The notes: generated from the letters alone by a model not told the origin. Shown: positions 28,072-38,945, counted from the stretch's first letter. The stretch is 64,000 nucleotides of DNA from an uncultured Chloroflexia bacterium (GCA_963712745.1 CAVQJC010000008.1:1-64000), one strand, 5' to 3'. Made by a program: numbers and translations.

Positions 28072-28120
28072 GTCGGCCGGCCCCGCCGGACCGTCCGACC
28101 GACCTCAGGGTGGCGAAGAC

Positions 28121-28855
28121 TCAGTCCTTGGGCCTGCGGATCATGCGCTGCGGATGCGCCATCATCCAGAAGCCCGAACGGATGGCCGCGTTGTGGCGGA
28201 TATTCCCGGCCTGGCGCCACTGTCGCTTGGGGTCGACGCACACGCGTTCGGCTGTCGGCTCGCCGGTGGCGCCGTTCCGTCGCGCCAGGTTGGACAACGT
28301 CGTCCTCCAATGGTCGTCCTCGCGCTCGTGGCCACCGGCCATCAGGAGGAACTCGAAGAACGGATCGCTGGCTCGGAGCAGCGCCTGGATCTGCGCCACC
28401 GTGGCGCCTTCCTCCTGGGCGGCGCTGAAGGTGATCCAGGAGGCGAAGACGTGGCCCTCGGGCGTCATGAACGTGAAAGACTCGTCGTCGGCGTAGATGA
28501 CCATGACACCCGTCGAGAGGACCTGCCGGCCCGGCGCATCCCCGTTGATCAGGCCGACCTCGCCGGGGCTGATCTCGGCGAACGGCGCATAAAAGCGCTG
28601 GCCCTGGGGCCAGAACGATCCGAACTCCCGCTTCCAGATGGCGACGACCTCGCTCGGAGGCGGGTTCGCACCCTCAAAACGGATGCGGTATGTCTTCTGC
28701 CACAGCTGCCCGAAGCCCTGCAGCGGACCGGCCAGGCGCTTGCCGCTGACGTTGATGTTGATGGCCTCGGCGGGGACTTCGCCCATCGAGAGCTTGTCGA
28801 CCGGCTTGGCCCAGGTCGTCTGGGGGTTCCGCTCGGTCCGGGGGGTGGGATCCAT
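28121..28855 (-). CDS. Conserved hypothetical protein (DUF1990/START-like)
   Basis: GPLQGFGQLWQKTY, FMTPEGH; in the STAS operon. Confidence 0.75.
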   Translation of the reverse strand: MDPTPRTERNPQTTWAKPVDKLSMGEVPAEAININVSGKRLAGPLQGFGQLWQKTYRIRFEGANPPPSEVVAIWKREFGSFWPQGQRFYAPFAEISPGEVGLINGDAPGRQVLSTGVMVIYADDESFTFMTPEGHVFASWITFSAAQEEGATVAQIQALLRASDPFFEFLLMAGGHEREDDHWRTTLSNLARRNGATGEPTAERVCVDPKRQWRQAGNIRHNAAIRSGFWMMAHPQRMIRRPKD

Positions 28856-28864
28856 GTCGGCCTC

Positions 28865-29209
28865 CTAGGCGAGCGACTCGAGGGCCGCGGCCTCGGTGTC
28901 ATGCACCGCGATCGCCTCGTCGAGTCGGGTGAGGGTGAGGATCTGGCGGTAGTGCGCGTCCAATCCGGTTGCCAGGAGTCGCTGGCCGCCGCGCTGACAC
29001 CGCACGAGCGTGGTCACCAGCACACCGATGCCGCCGCTGTTCATGTACTCCATGCCGGAGAAGTCGAGGAGCAACGACCTGGCCCCGGCCGCGCTGGCAT
29101 TGGTGTAGGCGTCCCCGAACGCGCTGTCGCTCGCCGCGGTCACGTCGCCGTGCACCCGAAGCAGGGCTGCGGTCCCGGTCATCTCGACGTCGATCGTCGT
29201 TGTGGTCAT
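28865..29209 (-). CDS. STAS anti-sigma-factor antagonist
   Basis: LLDFSGMEYMNSGGIGVL (phospho-Ser site). Confidence 0.9.
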   Translation of the reverse strand: MTTTTIDVEMTGTAALLRVHGDVTAASDSAFGDAYTNASAAGARSLLLDFSGMEYMNSGGIGVLVTTLVRCQRGGQRLLATGLDAHYRQILTLTRLDEAIAVHDTEAAALESLA

Positions 29210-29556
29210 GCGTCGTCTCCCTCGTCCACGATGGTCATCAGGTCAGAGAGCCGGGTGATGCGGAAGATCTCCCGGTAGTGCTCGCTCAGACCGCGGGCCT
29301 GTACCGATCGTCCGTCGCGGCGCGCATCCGCCAGCAGTCGGACCACGAGCGCGATGCCGGTGCTGTTGATGTAGCCCACGTCGCTGAAGTCGACCTCGAG
29401 CGACTGGCTGCTGGCGGTGGCTGCTGCAGCGTACGCGTCGGCCAGTGCTGACTCTCCGTCACGGTCGAGTCGTCCGCTGAGCACGATCCGGCTGAGTCCA
29501 TCGCCATCCTCGACGCGGGCGACCAGCGCCGCCTCCGTCGATGGCCTGGTGGTCAT
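29206..29556 (-). CDS. STAS anti-sigma-factor antagonist
   Basis: VDFSDVGYINSTGIAL. Confidence 0.9.
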   Translation of the reverse strand: MTTRPSTEAALVARVEDGDGLSRIVLSGRLDRDGESALADAYAAAATASSQSLEVDFSDVGYINSTGIALVVRLLADARRDGRSVQARGLSEHYREIFRITRLSDLMTIVDEGDDA

Positions 29557-31200
29557 GACGCACCTCCGTCCAGGTTCACGCTGAGCACGACTGCCTGGCC
29601 CTGCTCGGTCTTCTCCGTGGTCAGCTCATCGACCATCGCTTCGATGAGGAACAGGCCCCAGCCGCGCGGCGACTGCTCGCCGCTGAGCTTGGCCTCGATG
29701 TCGGGCACCTCGGACTCGCCGAGGGGGATCTCACCCCCCAACCCCATATCGGCGATGCGCACCTGCAGCTGGGTCGCTGTCGTGGTGACACGCACGTGGA
29801 TGGGGATCTCGGCTTGACCGCCGCTGCCGTGTTCGATGGCATTCATGGCCGCCTCCGAGACGGCCGTCTTGAGGCGCTCCAGCCGCTCGGGTTCGAGCCC
29901 CAGCGGAGCCGCGGCTTCTGCGACGCGATCCATGGCCAGGCGCTCGTTGCCGATGACGCTCTCGATCTGGACGTCGAGGAGCACCCGCGGCTCCGACGCA
30001 GTGCCTCCTGCGGCAAAGGTAGGTGCACCGGCGGAGCGGCGGAGCGTCACCATCGTCAGGTCGTCCTCCTGCTCCCAGTCGGCGCCGGTGAAGGCGTGCA
30101 GATCGATCGAGCAGCCGGTCGACGAGGTCGCTGCCCGCGGCGTCGACCGCGAACGCCTCCCGCAGGCGCGGGAAGCCGTACATCTCGCCGCTCGCGTCGT
30201 GCGCCTCGACGAAACCGTCGGAGTAGAGCAAGAGGCTGTCGCCCGGGCCGACCACGCCCTCGGCTTCCTCGTATTCCATGTCTGGCAGCAGCCCCAGGGG
30301 CATGCCCGTCGCACGGAACTCGCCGACCTCTCCGCCGGAGCGGACGTAGGGCAGGTTGTGGCCCGCGTTGGCGAAGCGGAACGAGCCGCTCGTCGCGTCC
30401 AGCACGCCATACAGGCAGGTGACGAACATGTTGGCCGGCATCTCCTGGCAGAGCAGCTCGTTGGCTCGCCGCAGCACCGCCCCGGGTTCGACCAGTCGTG
30501 GGGCTTCGGCGCGCAGGATCGAGTGGGTCCGCGCCATGACCAGCGCTGCCGGGACACCCTTGTCGGTGACGTCACCCACGACTACGCCGACGCGCCCTTC
30601 CGACAGCTCCACGAAATCGTAGAAGTCCCCGCCGACCGCGCGAGCTGGGCCGTAGTAGGCCGCGATCTGCCACTCGGGCAGGTCGGGCAGCGTGTGGGGG
30701 AGGAACTGCTGCTGGATCATGGTAGCGACCCGCAGCTCCTGTTCCATGCGCTGGCGCTCAGCCTCCTCGGTCGCCTGCGTCTGGACGAGCTGGGCCACGC
30801 GGATGGACGGCGAAGCCAGACCGGCCAACGAGCTGAGGAGCCGACGGTCGTCGGTCGAGTAATCCTGCTCCGACAGCCGGGGCCCGAGGTAGAGCGCCCC
30901 GATGAGCTCACCTTGCGCCATCAGCGGCACGATCATCTTGATGCCAGCCTCCCGCATCGCGTCGAGCGCCGCCGACTCCAGGGACAGACGGTCGACCTCC
31001 ACGATCTCCGTCGCGGATCCGAGCACCGGGAGCAGCGGGTCGTCCGCGGCGATCTCGATGGGCGCGACCTCCGCAATCTGGGCCGGGGCACTCTCGATGT
31101 GTTCGCTGCGCGTGGCCGTCCTCGCGGCATCCGCCTCGACCCGCTCGTCGGCTCGGCGGTCCAGGCCGATGGTGCGACGCAGCGATTGGATGATCGTCAT
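29553..31200 (-). CDS. Partial GAF + SpoIIE/PP2C phosphatase + RsbW-like HATPase kinase fusion (+1 frameshift near 30105, probably a sequencing error)
   Basis: VGGDFYD, GDVTDKG, NAGH, LYSDG in one frame; EQEDDLT, SEAAMNAIEHG, RGWGLFLI in the next. Confidence 0.85.
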
Positions 31201-31206
31201 GGCCGT

Positions 31207-31239
31207 AGCGTGCCTCCGTCTCGTCCCAGAATCGTTACG
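31207..31239 (-). promoter_or_regulatory. SARP-type box CGTAACG-N4-TGGGACG-N9-CACGCT-N6-ATG
   Basis: Directly upstream of ATG 31200. Confidence 0.55.
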
Positions 31240-31246
31240 GCGTTGG

Positions 31247-32449
31247 TCATCGCCCACCACCTTCCCGCTCGCGCAGCCACAGCCCTACGCTCGAGGGTCG
31301 GACCGCCTGGTCGACGGTGGAGAGGACATCGGCCCGGATGATGTCGAGGTCCACCTCATCGCGGATGCGAAGCCCGAACGCGGCCAGCAGTCGCTCGCCG
31401 TCGTATCTGGCACGGTCGAAGCGGCGGTCGACCGCGCGCTGGACCCGACCGCGCAGGGGCGTGAAGAGCGCGGCCACCACGAGGGTGGAGGCCGCCACCG
31501 CCAAGGTGTTGCCCCCGGTCAGCGGCTCGAGCGCCGCGCTCGAACCCAGCACCAGCAGGGCGAACGCACCCACCAGCACGACGGTCACGACGGCCCAGCC
31601 GATGGTGCGGCTGATGAGGCGGTCGATCTCGTAGAGCCGGTAGCGCAGCACGGCGATGCCGATGGCGATGGGCAGAAGTCCCAAGGAGAGGCTCGCGACG
31701 ATCCACGCCAACTGGCCCAAGAACGTCGCCGCGAAGAATGCCGAGAAGGCCAGCACGAGTACGGCGCCGAACCACTTGAGCTGCCTGCGCTCGAGGGCTG
31801 ACCCGCGTCGGTAGCGCAAGATCGCGGCGGCGATCCCCAGCAAGAGGGCGACCGGCATGTACAGGTTCACGAGGCCGACCAGCGCCTCGGCGAGGCCGCT
31901 CAAGGCAGGGCTGCCGAGCGGGTTCACCACGTCGGGCATCCCCTCCAGCGGCCCCGGGCTGACCGACAGGGCGAAGAGCAATACCGCCGACGCGAGCAAG
32001 GTCAGTCCGCCGATGATCGCCCAGCGCCGAGACAGGAAGTGCCCGTTCGGGAAGAGCATGGGCAGGAGCACGACCAGGAAAAGCGATGGGAGGAACAGCA
32101 GGCCCAGGGACGCACCCGCGACGGTCCCCGGCAACGACGCGTCGTAGACCGCGATGCTCAGGACCGCCCACGCCTGGCCGGCCAACGAAAGCCCCAGCCC
32201 GGTGGCCGTGACCCACAGCAGCCAGCCGACGCGGTTCTCGGGCACCCGCGTGATGAGGAACGCGCCCGTCAGGCCCCAGCTCGCGACGATCAGTCCGTAC
32301 ATCGCGATCGCCCACGCATCGTCGACGAGGCTGGGTAACGCCAGCGACACGAGCAGGGTCACCGCGGGGATCCCGATAGCCACGACCCATGTGAGCCCCG
32401 CCACGATGGTGTGTGCCGAGACTCCGGCCGTTACCCTCCGCGTCCTCAT
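31247..32449 (-). CDS. Multi-TM sensor-like membrane protein ending in an N-terminal GAF fragment
   Basis: About 10 TMs; RYRLYEIDRLISRT; ends IRDEVDLD..VDQAVRPSSVGLWLR. Confidence 0.85.
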   Translation of the reverse strand: MRTRRVTAGVSAHTIVAGLTWVVAIGIPAVTLLVSLALPSLVDDAWAIAMYGLIVASWGLTGAFLITRVPENRVGWLLWVTATGLGLSLAGQAWAVLSIAVYDASLPGTVAGASLGLLFLPSLFLVVLLPMLFPNGHFLSRRWAIIGGLTLLASAVLLFALSVSPGPLEGMPDVVNPLGSPALSGLAEALVGLVNLYMPVALLLGIAAAILRYRRGSALERRQLKWFGAVLVLAFSAFFAATFLGQLAWIVASLSLGLLPIAIGIAVLRYRLYEIDRLISRTIGWAVVTVVLVGAFALLVLGSSAALEPLTGGNTLAVAASTLVVAALFTPLRGRVQRAVDRRFDRARYDGERLLAAFGLRIRDEVDLDIIRADVLSTVDQAVRPSSVGLWLREREGGGR

Positions 32450-33724
32450 CGCCCTCGCCCTTCCCGCTGGCGAAGCCAGAGCCCGACGCTCGATGGTCGG
32501 ACCGCGGCATCGACGGTGCCGAGGATGTCGGCCCGGATGACGTCGAGGTCGACCTCGTCACGGAGACGCTCACCGAAGGCGCCGACGAGGCGCTCGCCGT
32601 CGTATCTGGCACGGTCGAAGCGGCGGTCGACCGCGCGCTGGACGCGGGCGCGCAGGGGTGCGAAGAGGGCGGCCACGACGAGCGTGGAGCCGGCCACCGC
32701 GAGCGTGTTGCCCCCGGTCAGCGGCTCGAGCAGCTCGGTCGAGGCCAGCACGAGCAGGACGAACGCGCCCACCAGCACGACGGTCACGATGGCCCAGCCG
32801 ATGGTGCGGCTGATGAGGCGGTCGATCTCGTACAGGCGGTAGCGCAGCACGGCGATGCCGATGGCGATGGGCACGAGGCCGATCAGGATCTGGTTGACGA
32901 AGTAGAACGAGTTGGCCAATGGCTCCACGCCCAGCACGAAGAATGCTGTCATCCCGATGTTCGAGGCGAAGGCCAGGCCAACGGCCCCAAAGAACCACTT
33001 CATCTGCTGCCGTTCGCCACCGGTCGAACGGCGGAAGCGAACGATCACCGAGATGAATGCAAGCACGATGAAGCCCACTGTCGCGACCGAGAGGCTGGTG
33101 CTCAGGAGCTCGGCCAGTTCCTCCGCCTGACCTCCCAGCGCCGTCGGGTTCGGCAGGTGCCGGCCGAACTCATCGTCGTTGTCGGTCACGAGGGTCAGCG
33201 CGATGCCGACGACCATCGTGAGGCCGGTGAGCCAGGCCACCGGGCGCCAACGCGGACTCGGCAGGCGACCGTCAGGGAACAGCAGTGGGATCCAGACGGT
33301 CGATCACGACGATCCCGAGCGTCTCGAAGACGGGCAAGATCCAATCCACGAGCCGGTATCCCGGAAGCGCCCAGTCGAGGATGTCAGCGCGGAGCACGTA
33401 CTCCGGTGCGAAATACGTGTAGACGATCGAGAACCCGCTGACCAGCAGCAGCCAGCCGATGGGATTGCGAGGCCGAAGGGCCGTCAAGACGAAGCCGGTC
33501 AGCAGGATCGACAGCCAGGCCGCGACCGTCGCGAGGACGACCACAGTGTCCAGGGGACCATCCGAGTGATACGGCAGCTGCTCTGTGCCGGGCATCGCGT
33601 TGGCGATCGCGATGTAGCCGATCATCACCGCTGTCAGCAGCACGAGCCCCAGCGCTACCCAGGTCGAAGGACTCCGACGAGGCGCCGTTGGCCGACTCGA
33701 CTGGTCCGACGACCGTGCCGTCAT
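32446..33724 (-). CDS. Paralogous multi-TM sensor-like protein (+1 frameshift near 33300, probably a sequencing error)
   Basis: RPRNPIGWLL; LFPDGRLPSPRWRP restored by removing 1 nt; last approximately 420 bp near-identical to those of the 31247 gene. Confidence 0.8.
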
Positions 33725-33756
33725 GGAACGTTCTCCGAACGACCGATCATGCGGCG

Positions 33757-33861
33757 AGTCTCCTGAGCGGGCGTTCGCAAAACGTTACGACGCCACGTCC
33801 AGTCGGCAGCCCCGGTAGCAGGCACTCGCCGTTACGAAACCGGAACGCCACACGCTATCGT
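33757..33861. promoter_or_regulatory. Divergent promoter with two back-to-back SARP-type heptamer pairs
   Basis: Minus strand: CGTAACG-TTTT-GCGAACG-N9-GAGACT; plus strand: CGTTACG-AAAC-CGGAACG-N8-TATCGT-N7-ATG. Confidence 0.6.
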
Positions 33862-33868
33862 TACGCTC

Positions 33869-36727
33869 ATGATCGATGTTCGATTGCTGGGTCCGGTCGC
33901 GGTGGACGTCGATGGGCGGCCACTGGCGGTCGACACGCGCAAGGCCATCGCGCTCCTCGCCTACGTCGCTGTCCTCCGGCGTCCGGTCTCACGGGAGACG
34001 CTGACGGCACTGCTATGGCCTGACTCCTCCGACCAGGATGCCCGCGGCGCGCTCCGTCGCACCTTGTCCGTACTGAAGTCCGGCCTGGGGGCTTCGGGAA
34101 TGGTCGTGACGCGCTCCTCGGTCGAGCTCGATGCATCGGGCGTTCAAGTGGACCTCGATCGCTTCCGCTCCCTGGTCAACTCCGCTCGGAGTCATGAGCA
34201 CCCGGCCCGAGAGGCGTGCCCGCGATGCCGCGCCCAGTTGGAGGAGTCGGTCGCGATCGCCCGTGGCCCGTTCATGGAGGGCTTCAGCCTTCGCGACAGC
34301 GACACCTTCGACGAGTGGCAGGGCGCCGAGCGCGAGGTCTACCAGCGAGAGCTCGCGGGCGTGCTCGAGCGGCTCGTGGGCGAGCAGTTGGCAGCGTCCG
34401 CGTGGGGCAGTGCCATCACGTCAGGTCAACGCTGGCTCAGTCTCGATCCGCTGCATGAACCTGCCCATCGCGCCATGATGGAGGCCTATGCGCGCTCGGG
34501 CGAGACTGCCGCCGCCGTGCGGCAGTACCGCGATGCAGTCGCGATCTTGGACCGGGAGCTTGGCGTGGCGCCGCTGCCCGAGACGAGCGAACTCAACGAA
34601 GACATCCTGGCGGGCACCCTGTCCGAGGAGAAGCCCGCCCACGTGATGCACGGGGGCGACGCTCGACCCGGACGTGCATCCGCCCCGCCGCTCATCGGCC
34701 GCAGCGCAGAACTCGAGCGCCTCCAGGTAGCACTCGGTGACGCGGTGCCCGACGGTCGGCTGGTCGTCGTGGAAGGGGAGGCGGGCGTAGGCAAGACCCG
34801 ACTGCTGGACCGCCTGGTGGAGCTCGCGTCGGCCGGCGGCCACTCGGCGATCATCGCTCGTTGTTACGCCGGCGAGTCGGGCATCGCCTTCGCACCGATC
34901 GTGGCGCTGCTGCGCGCGAGGCTGGCAACGGAGGAAGGTCACGCGGGCGTGGTGGGCCTGTCGAGCGCGAGGCGCACTGCACTCGCGGCCCTCCTGCCCG
35001 AGATCGAGCCCGAGCCCGGATCTGCCACCCGGCTGAGCCGGTCGCGGCCCGCTGCTCGCCTGGCACTGCTCGAAGCGGTGGCAGAAGGCCTGACCGCCGG
35101 CGCCTCGCGTACCCGGGCGCTCATGGTGCGGCTCGACGACATCCAGTGGGCAGACGAGTCCACCATCGAGTCGCTCGCCTTCCTCGCTCGACGGCTGCAG
35201 GAGCGGCCTGTCCTCCTGTCTCTCTCGTGGCGTCGCGAGGAGCTTCCCGATCACGCTGCGGCTGTCGTGGCCGAAGCGCGACCACCGAAGGGCGACATCA
35301 TCCGGCTCGGCCGATTGGGCCTTGAGGCTACCCGTGAACTCGTGGAGGCGATCGTCGAACGGGAGGAGGTCCTCGTCGCGCCGCTTGCGACGGACGAACT
35401 CGTGACCGAGTCCGAAGGGCTGCCGCTCTATGTCGTCGAAGCCCTGGCGACCGTCGATCGAGAGCCCGGCCAGGCTCCGGCCGGCATCCGCGCATTGCTC
35501 CAGACCCGGCTGACTGGTCTCAGCGACGTCGCAGCCCAGGTGGTCGCGGCAGCCTCGGTCATCGGTCGCTCATTCGATCTCGACATCGCGCGCGCAGTGA
35601 GCGGTCGCTCCGAGGACGAGACGGTCACCGCACTCGAAGAGCTGGTCCAACGGGGCATCGTCCGGGAGGCCGCCGGCGACGGTCCCATGGTGTACGACTT
35701 CGCGCATGCGCGGCTACGCGAGGTCGCCTACGAAGAGACGAGCTCGGCGCGCCGTCGCCTGCTGCACAAGAGGGCGGCCGAGGCATACCAAGCCCAGTCC
35801 GTGACCGATCCCGATCGACTCGGCCGACTGGCCCGAATCGCCCGACACGAGCGCGACGCCGGACGCTCGACCGAGGCGGCGGCGGCATTCCGGGAAGCGG
35901 GCGGACACGCCCGGCAGATCTACGCCAACCACGAGGCGCTGGTCTACTTCGAGGCCGCCCTGGCGCTGGGCCACCCTGGCGCGAGTCGCCTTCACGAGGA
36001 GATCGGCGACGTCCTCATCACCCTCGGGGAGTATCCCCGCGCCACCGCGGCGCTGGAGGCGGCTGCGGCCGACGCCGCGCCCGATCGGCTGGCGGGTATC
36101 GAGCACCGTCTCGGCCGGATCGCCTTGCGTCGGGGAGACCCCGCCACCGCGGAGGCGCACCTGGCCGCGGCTACAGTGGCACTCGATGGAGCCGGCCCGG
36201 TCGCCGGCTCGATGCGTGCTCGCATCGCCGCCGATCGGGCCATGGCAGCCGCGCGAAGCGGCGAGCTTGACCGCGCCTGGTCCCTGGCCAGCGAGGCGCG
36301 GACATTGGCGCAAGGTGACCGGGCGGCCGAAGTCGACGCAGACCGAACGGTCGGGCTGGTGGCCCGTGACCGCGGCGAGCATGAGGATGCCCGCCTGTCC
36401 CTCGAGCGCAGCCGCAGCGACGCGGACGAGCTCAAAGACCCGATCGCATCGATCGCCGCCTCCAATGCGCTCTCGCTCCTGGCGCGAGACGAGGGTAAGG
36501 CCGAGGAAGCCATCACGCTCGCGGAGAACGCCCTCGCTACGGCTCGACGGACTGGCGAGCGGCACCTGGAGGCGGCGCTGGAGAGCAACCTCGCAGACGC
36601 GCTCGAAGCTGCCGGTCGGCGCGCTGAAGCCATGGCCCATCTCAAGCTCTCCGCTGAGCTGTACGCGGAACTCGGTGGTGCAGCCGACGGCCTGGATCCC
36701 GGCGTCTGGATGCTCCAGACCTGGTAG
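33869..36727 (+). CDS. SARP/BTAD-domain STAND (AAA ATPase + TPR) transcriptional regulator
   Basis: VRLLG..ALLAYV wHTH; LDPLHEPAHR BTAD; GEAGVGKT Walker A; LDDIQWAD Walker B; helical repeats. Confidence 0.92.
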   Translation: MIDVRLLGPVAVDVDGRPLAVDTRKAIALLAYVAVLRRPVSRETLTALLWPDSSDQDARGALRRTLSVLKSGLGASGMVVTRSSVELDASGVQVDLDRFRSLVNSARSHEHPAREACPRCRAQLEESVAIARGPFMEGFSLRDSDTFDEWQGAEREVYQRELAGVLERLVGEQLAASAWGSAITSGQRWLSLDPLHEPAHRAMMEAYARSGETAAAVRQYRDAVAILDRELGVAPLPETSELNEDILAGTLSEEKPAHVMHGGDARPGRASAPPLIGRSAELERLQVALGDAVPDGRLVVVEGEAGVGKTRLLDRLVELASAGGHSAIIARCYAGESGIAFAPIVALLRARLATEEGHAGVVGLSSARRTALAALLPEIEPEPGSATRLSRSRPAARLALLEAVAEGLTAGASRTRALMVRLDDIQWADESTIESLAFLARRLQERPVLLSLSWRREELPDHAAAVVAEARPPKGDIIRLGRLGLEATRELVEAIVEREEVLVAPLATDELVTESEGLPLYVVEALATVDREPGQAPAGIRALLQTRLTGLSDVAAQVVAAASVIGRSFDLDIARAVSGRSEDETVTALEELVQRGIVREAAGDGPMVYDFAHARLREVAYEETSSARRRLLHKRAAEAYQAQSVTDPDRLGRLARIARHERDAGRSTEAAAAFREAGGHARQIYANHEALVYFEAALALGHPGASRLHEEIGDVLITLGEYPRATAALEAAAADAAPDRLAGIEHRLGRIALRRGDPATAEAHLAAATVALDGAGPVAGSMRARIAADRAMAAARSGELDRAWSLASEARTLAQGDRAAEVDADRTVGLVARDRGEHEDARLSLERSRSDADELKDPIASIAASNALSLLARDEGKAEEAITLAENALATARRTGERHLEAALESNLADALEAAGRRAEAMAHLKLSAELYAELGGAADGLDPGVWMLQTW

Positions 36728-36847
36728 CCGTCGCCTCGACACGAGAGGGCTCTGAGAGGGCAGACCTGAGTCGGGCAGACCTGGAACCAAGTCCAGCCCC
36801 AGGGACGCCCCGGTCCTACCCTTGACCACGCAGGCGGGCTGCCGACA

Positions 36848-37534
36848 TCAGACGCCGAAGGTGAGCATGATCGATCCCCAGTTCATCGACAGGTCCCACA
36901 GGCCGGCCGCGATGAGCAGCCCGCCGGAGATGATCTCGATCTGGCGGTGATGGCGGGCCAGGAACCGAACCACGCTGTCCTGTCTCGCGCGCGCCAGCAG
37001 CGACAACAGCACCAGCGGCAGGCCGAAGCCAAGGCCGAAAGCGAAGAAAGTCGCGAGCGCACCGACCGTCTCGGCGGCGCTCACCGAGATGGCCAGCAGC
37101 GCTACCAGGAATGGGCCGGCGCAGGGCAACGCGATGGGGCCCAGGAACATGCCGTAGACGAACGCCTGCGACAGCGGTCCACGTGCGCCCGGCACGCTGA
37201 TCGTCCGCACCCGCATGAAGGGATTGATGCCGGCCAGCAGCATCACGCCGAGCCCGATCAACAGCAGATCGATGAAGGGGATGGCGAAGCCGAGGATGCG
37301 ACCCATCGGCAGCGCGATAGCGAAGACGACGAGACCGATGATCATCATCGAGGTCAACAAGCCCAGCAATACCGCTAGGCCAAGGAAGCCGGAGATGCGG
37401 GGAGCGTCGCTGCTGCCCTCCTCCACTCCCGAGGCACTCGTCAGATACGCCAGGAACGCTGGGTATAGAGGCAGCAGGCAGGGACTGGCCGCGGCGGCGA
37501 GTCCTGCGCCAAAGGCGACTACGAGTGCGTCCAT
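36848..37534 (-). CDS. ccdA: Cytochrome c biogenesis CcdA/DsbD-TM family protein
   Basis: SPCLLPLYP and PCAGP cysteine motifs, about 6 TMs. Confidence 0.85.
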   Translation of the reverse strand: MDALVVAFGAGLAAAASPCLLPLYPAFLAYLTSASGVEEGSSDAPRISGFLGLAVLLGLLTSMMIIGLVVFAIALPMGRILGFAIPFIDLLLIGLGVMLLAGINPFMRVRTISVPGARGPLSQAFVYGMFLGPIALPCAGPFLVALLAISVSAAETVGALATFFAFGLGFGLPLVLLSLLARARQDSVVRFLARHHRQIEIISGGLLIAAGLWDLSMNWGSIMLTFGV

Positions 37535-37617
37535 CCGCCGCTGGCCCTAGGAGGGGACCGAGTCCTCGCTCCGCCAGCGGTGAAGGCGATGACGACGTCC
37601 GGTCATCCCGCGCCGGA

Positions 37618-37770
37618 TCACGTCACGGGCCGGCTGCTCTCGCGCACGATGATCTTGGGCTGCAGCCGTGTCGTCCAGGGCTCCAGCTCAGTGGGGGAGC
37701 TCCGGCGAAGGGCGAGCCGACGGATGGCGTCCACGACGCCTTCGACAGCCAGTACACCAGCATCAACCAG
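37618..37770 (-). pseudogene. C-terminal fragment of a LacI-family regulator
   Basis: LVDAGVLAV...LQPKIIVRESS terminal motif. Confidence 0.55.
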
Positions 37771-38267
37771 CCGAGAGCGCCGACGTGGCCGGTGCCCTGG
37801 CGGCGTCAGCACCAGCCGAGCGGCCGGAGTGGTTCGACCTGCAGATGACGGACGTCCTGACCGGCGAGGCCTTCACGATCAATGACTTCGCGGGCAAGGT
37901 CGTCCTCCTTGAGACCATGGCCATCTGGTGCCCGACCTGTCGGCAACAGGGCGACGAGGTCGTCCGACTCCACGAGCTCCTCGGGGATCCGACCGATCTG
38001 GTGTCCATCAGCCTCGACACCGACATGGGAGAGGACGCGGCGATGCTGAAGGAGTACGCCGAGACACTGGGCTACGACTGGCACATCGCAGTTGCCCCTC
38101 TCCTCGTCGCGCGAGCACTCGGCAACCTGTACAGCGCTCAGTATCTGAACCCGCCGCTTTCGCCGATGTTGATCATCGACCGGGACGGAGCGGTTATCGG
38201 CCTGCCCTTCGGCCTCAAGAGCGCCGAGAGCCTTCAAGGGGTGGTGGAGCCGCTTCTCGGCCCCTGA
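37770..38267 (+). pseudogene. TlpA/thioredoxin-like protein lacking its N-terminus
   Basis: GKVVLLETMAIWCPTC, LIIDRDG; no start codon or signal peptide in frame. Confidence 0.7.
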
Positions 38268-38346
38268 CACCGGCGAACCTCTATCGGAGAGCGCCGACCC
38301 GGACGGCATCAGTGCCCGGGCCGGCGTCCTCGCGGCGGATCCCCTG

Positions 38347-38724
38347 CTACCAGAAGTCGTTCACGCCGTGACCGGTGCTCTGACCGGCCTCGGTATCGCC
38401 CTGCCAGTAATGGAGCGGCCGCCCGTCGTGGGTGACCTGGGTGGAGCCATCGGTGGCGGTGATCAGGCCAACCACGCCCACGACGCCTTCTCCGGCGGCC
38501 ACGGTGTTGCCGGGCGGCACGGTCACCGGCGGCCAGGTCACGAGGCACTCGCCTTCGCGGACGCTCGCGCCTGGCGTGGAGTCGGCAGCGAAGTAGTACG
38601 TCGTCAGGCCGTCCTTGCCGACCAGGAGCGGTGGCCACGCCTCAAGGCAGCTTCCTGAGCAGACGCTCACGCCCGGTGTGACGTCCTTGGTGGCGTAGTT
38701 CAGCGTCATGCCCTCGGGTCCCAC
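38347..38724 (-). pseudogene. Lipoprotein_15/COG4315 repeat protein remnant
   Basis: CSGSCLEAWPP, QVTHDGRPLHYWQGD; internally deleted. Confidence 0.65.
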
Positions 38725-38769
38725 GACGTGGGTGCCCAGGTCATCGCCGGCGAAGGCAGGCGCCTCCGA

Positions 38770-38945
38770 TCACCTCCTGAAGTGTGACGGTGTCAGCGAG
38801 CTCGCCGGTGTGATCCGATCTGTCAACGCCGGCGACGAGGATGTGGCGCCGGCCCTGGCATGGGGCATGCTCCGTGAGCTCCAGACCCCGCGGACGTCAC
38901 CATACGATGAGCTCACCGACCGGGAGCGCGAGGTCCTCGTCGTGC
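38770..38945 (+). pseudogene. NarL/LuxR response regulator fragment
   Basis: ELAGVIRSVNAG...ELTDREREVL. Confidence 0.65.

Noticed and set aside
36708-36784. Three CAGACCTG copies after the SARP gene
   Set aside because: Short, irregularly spaced, one copy is coding; no support for a function
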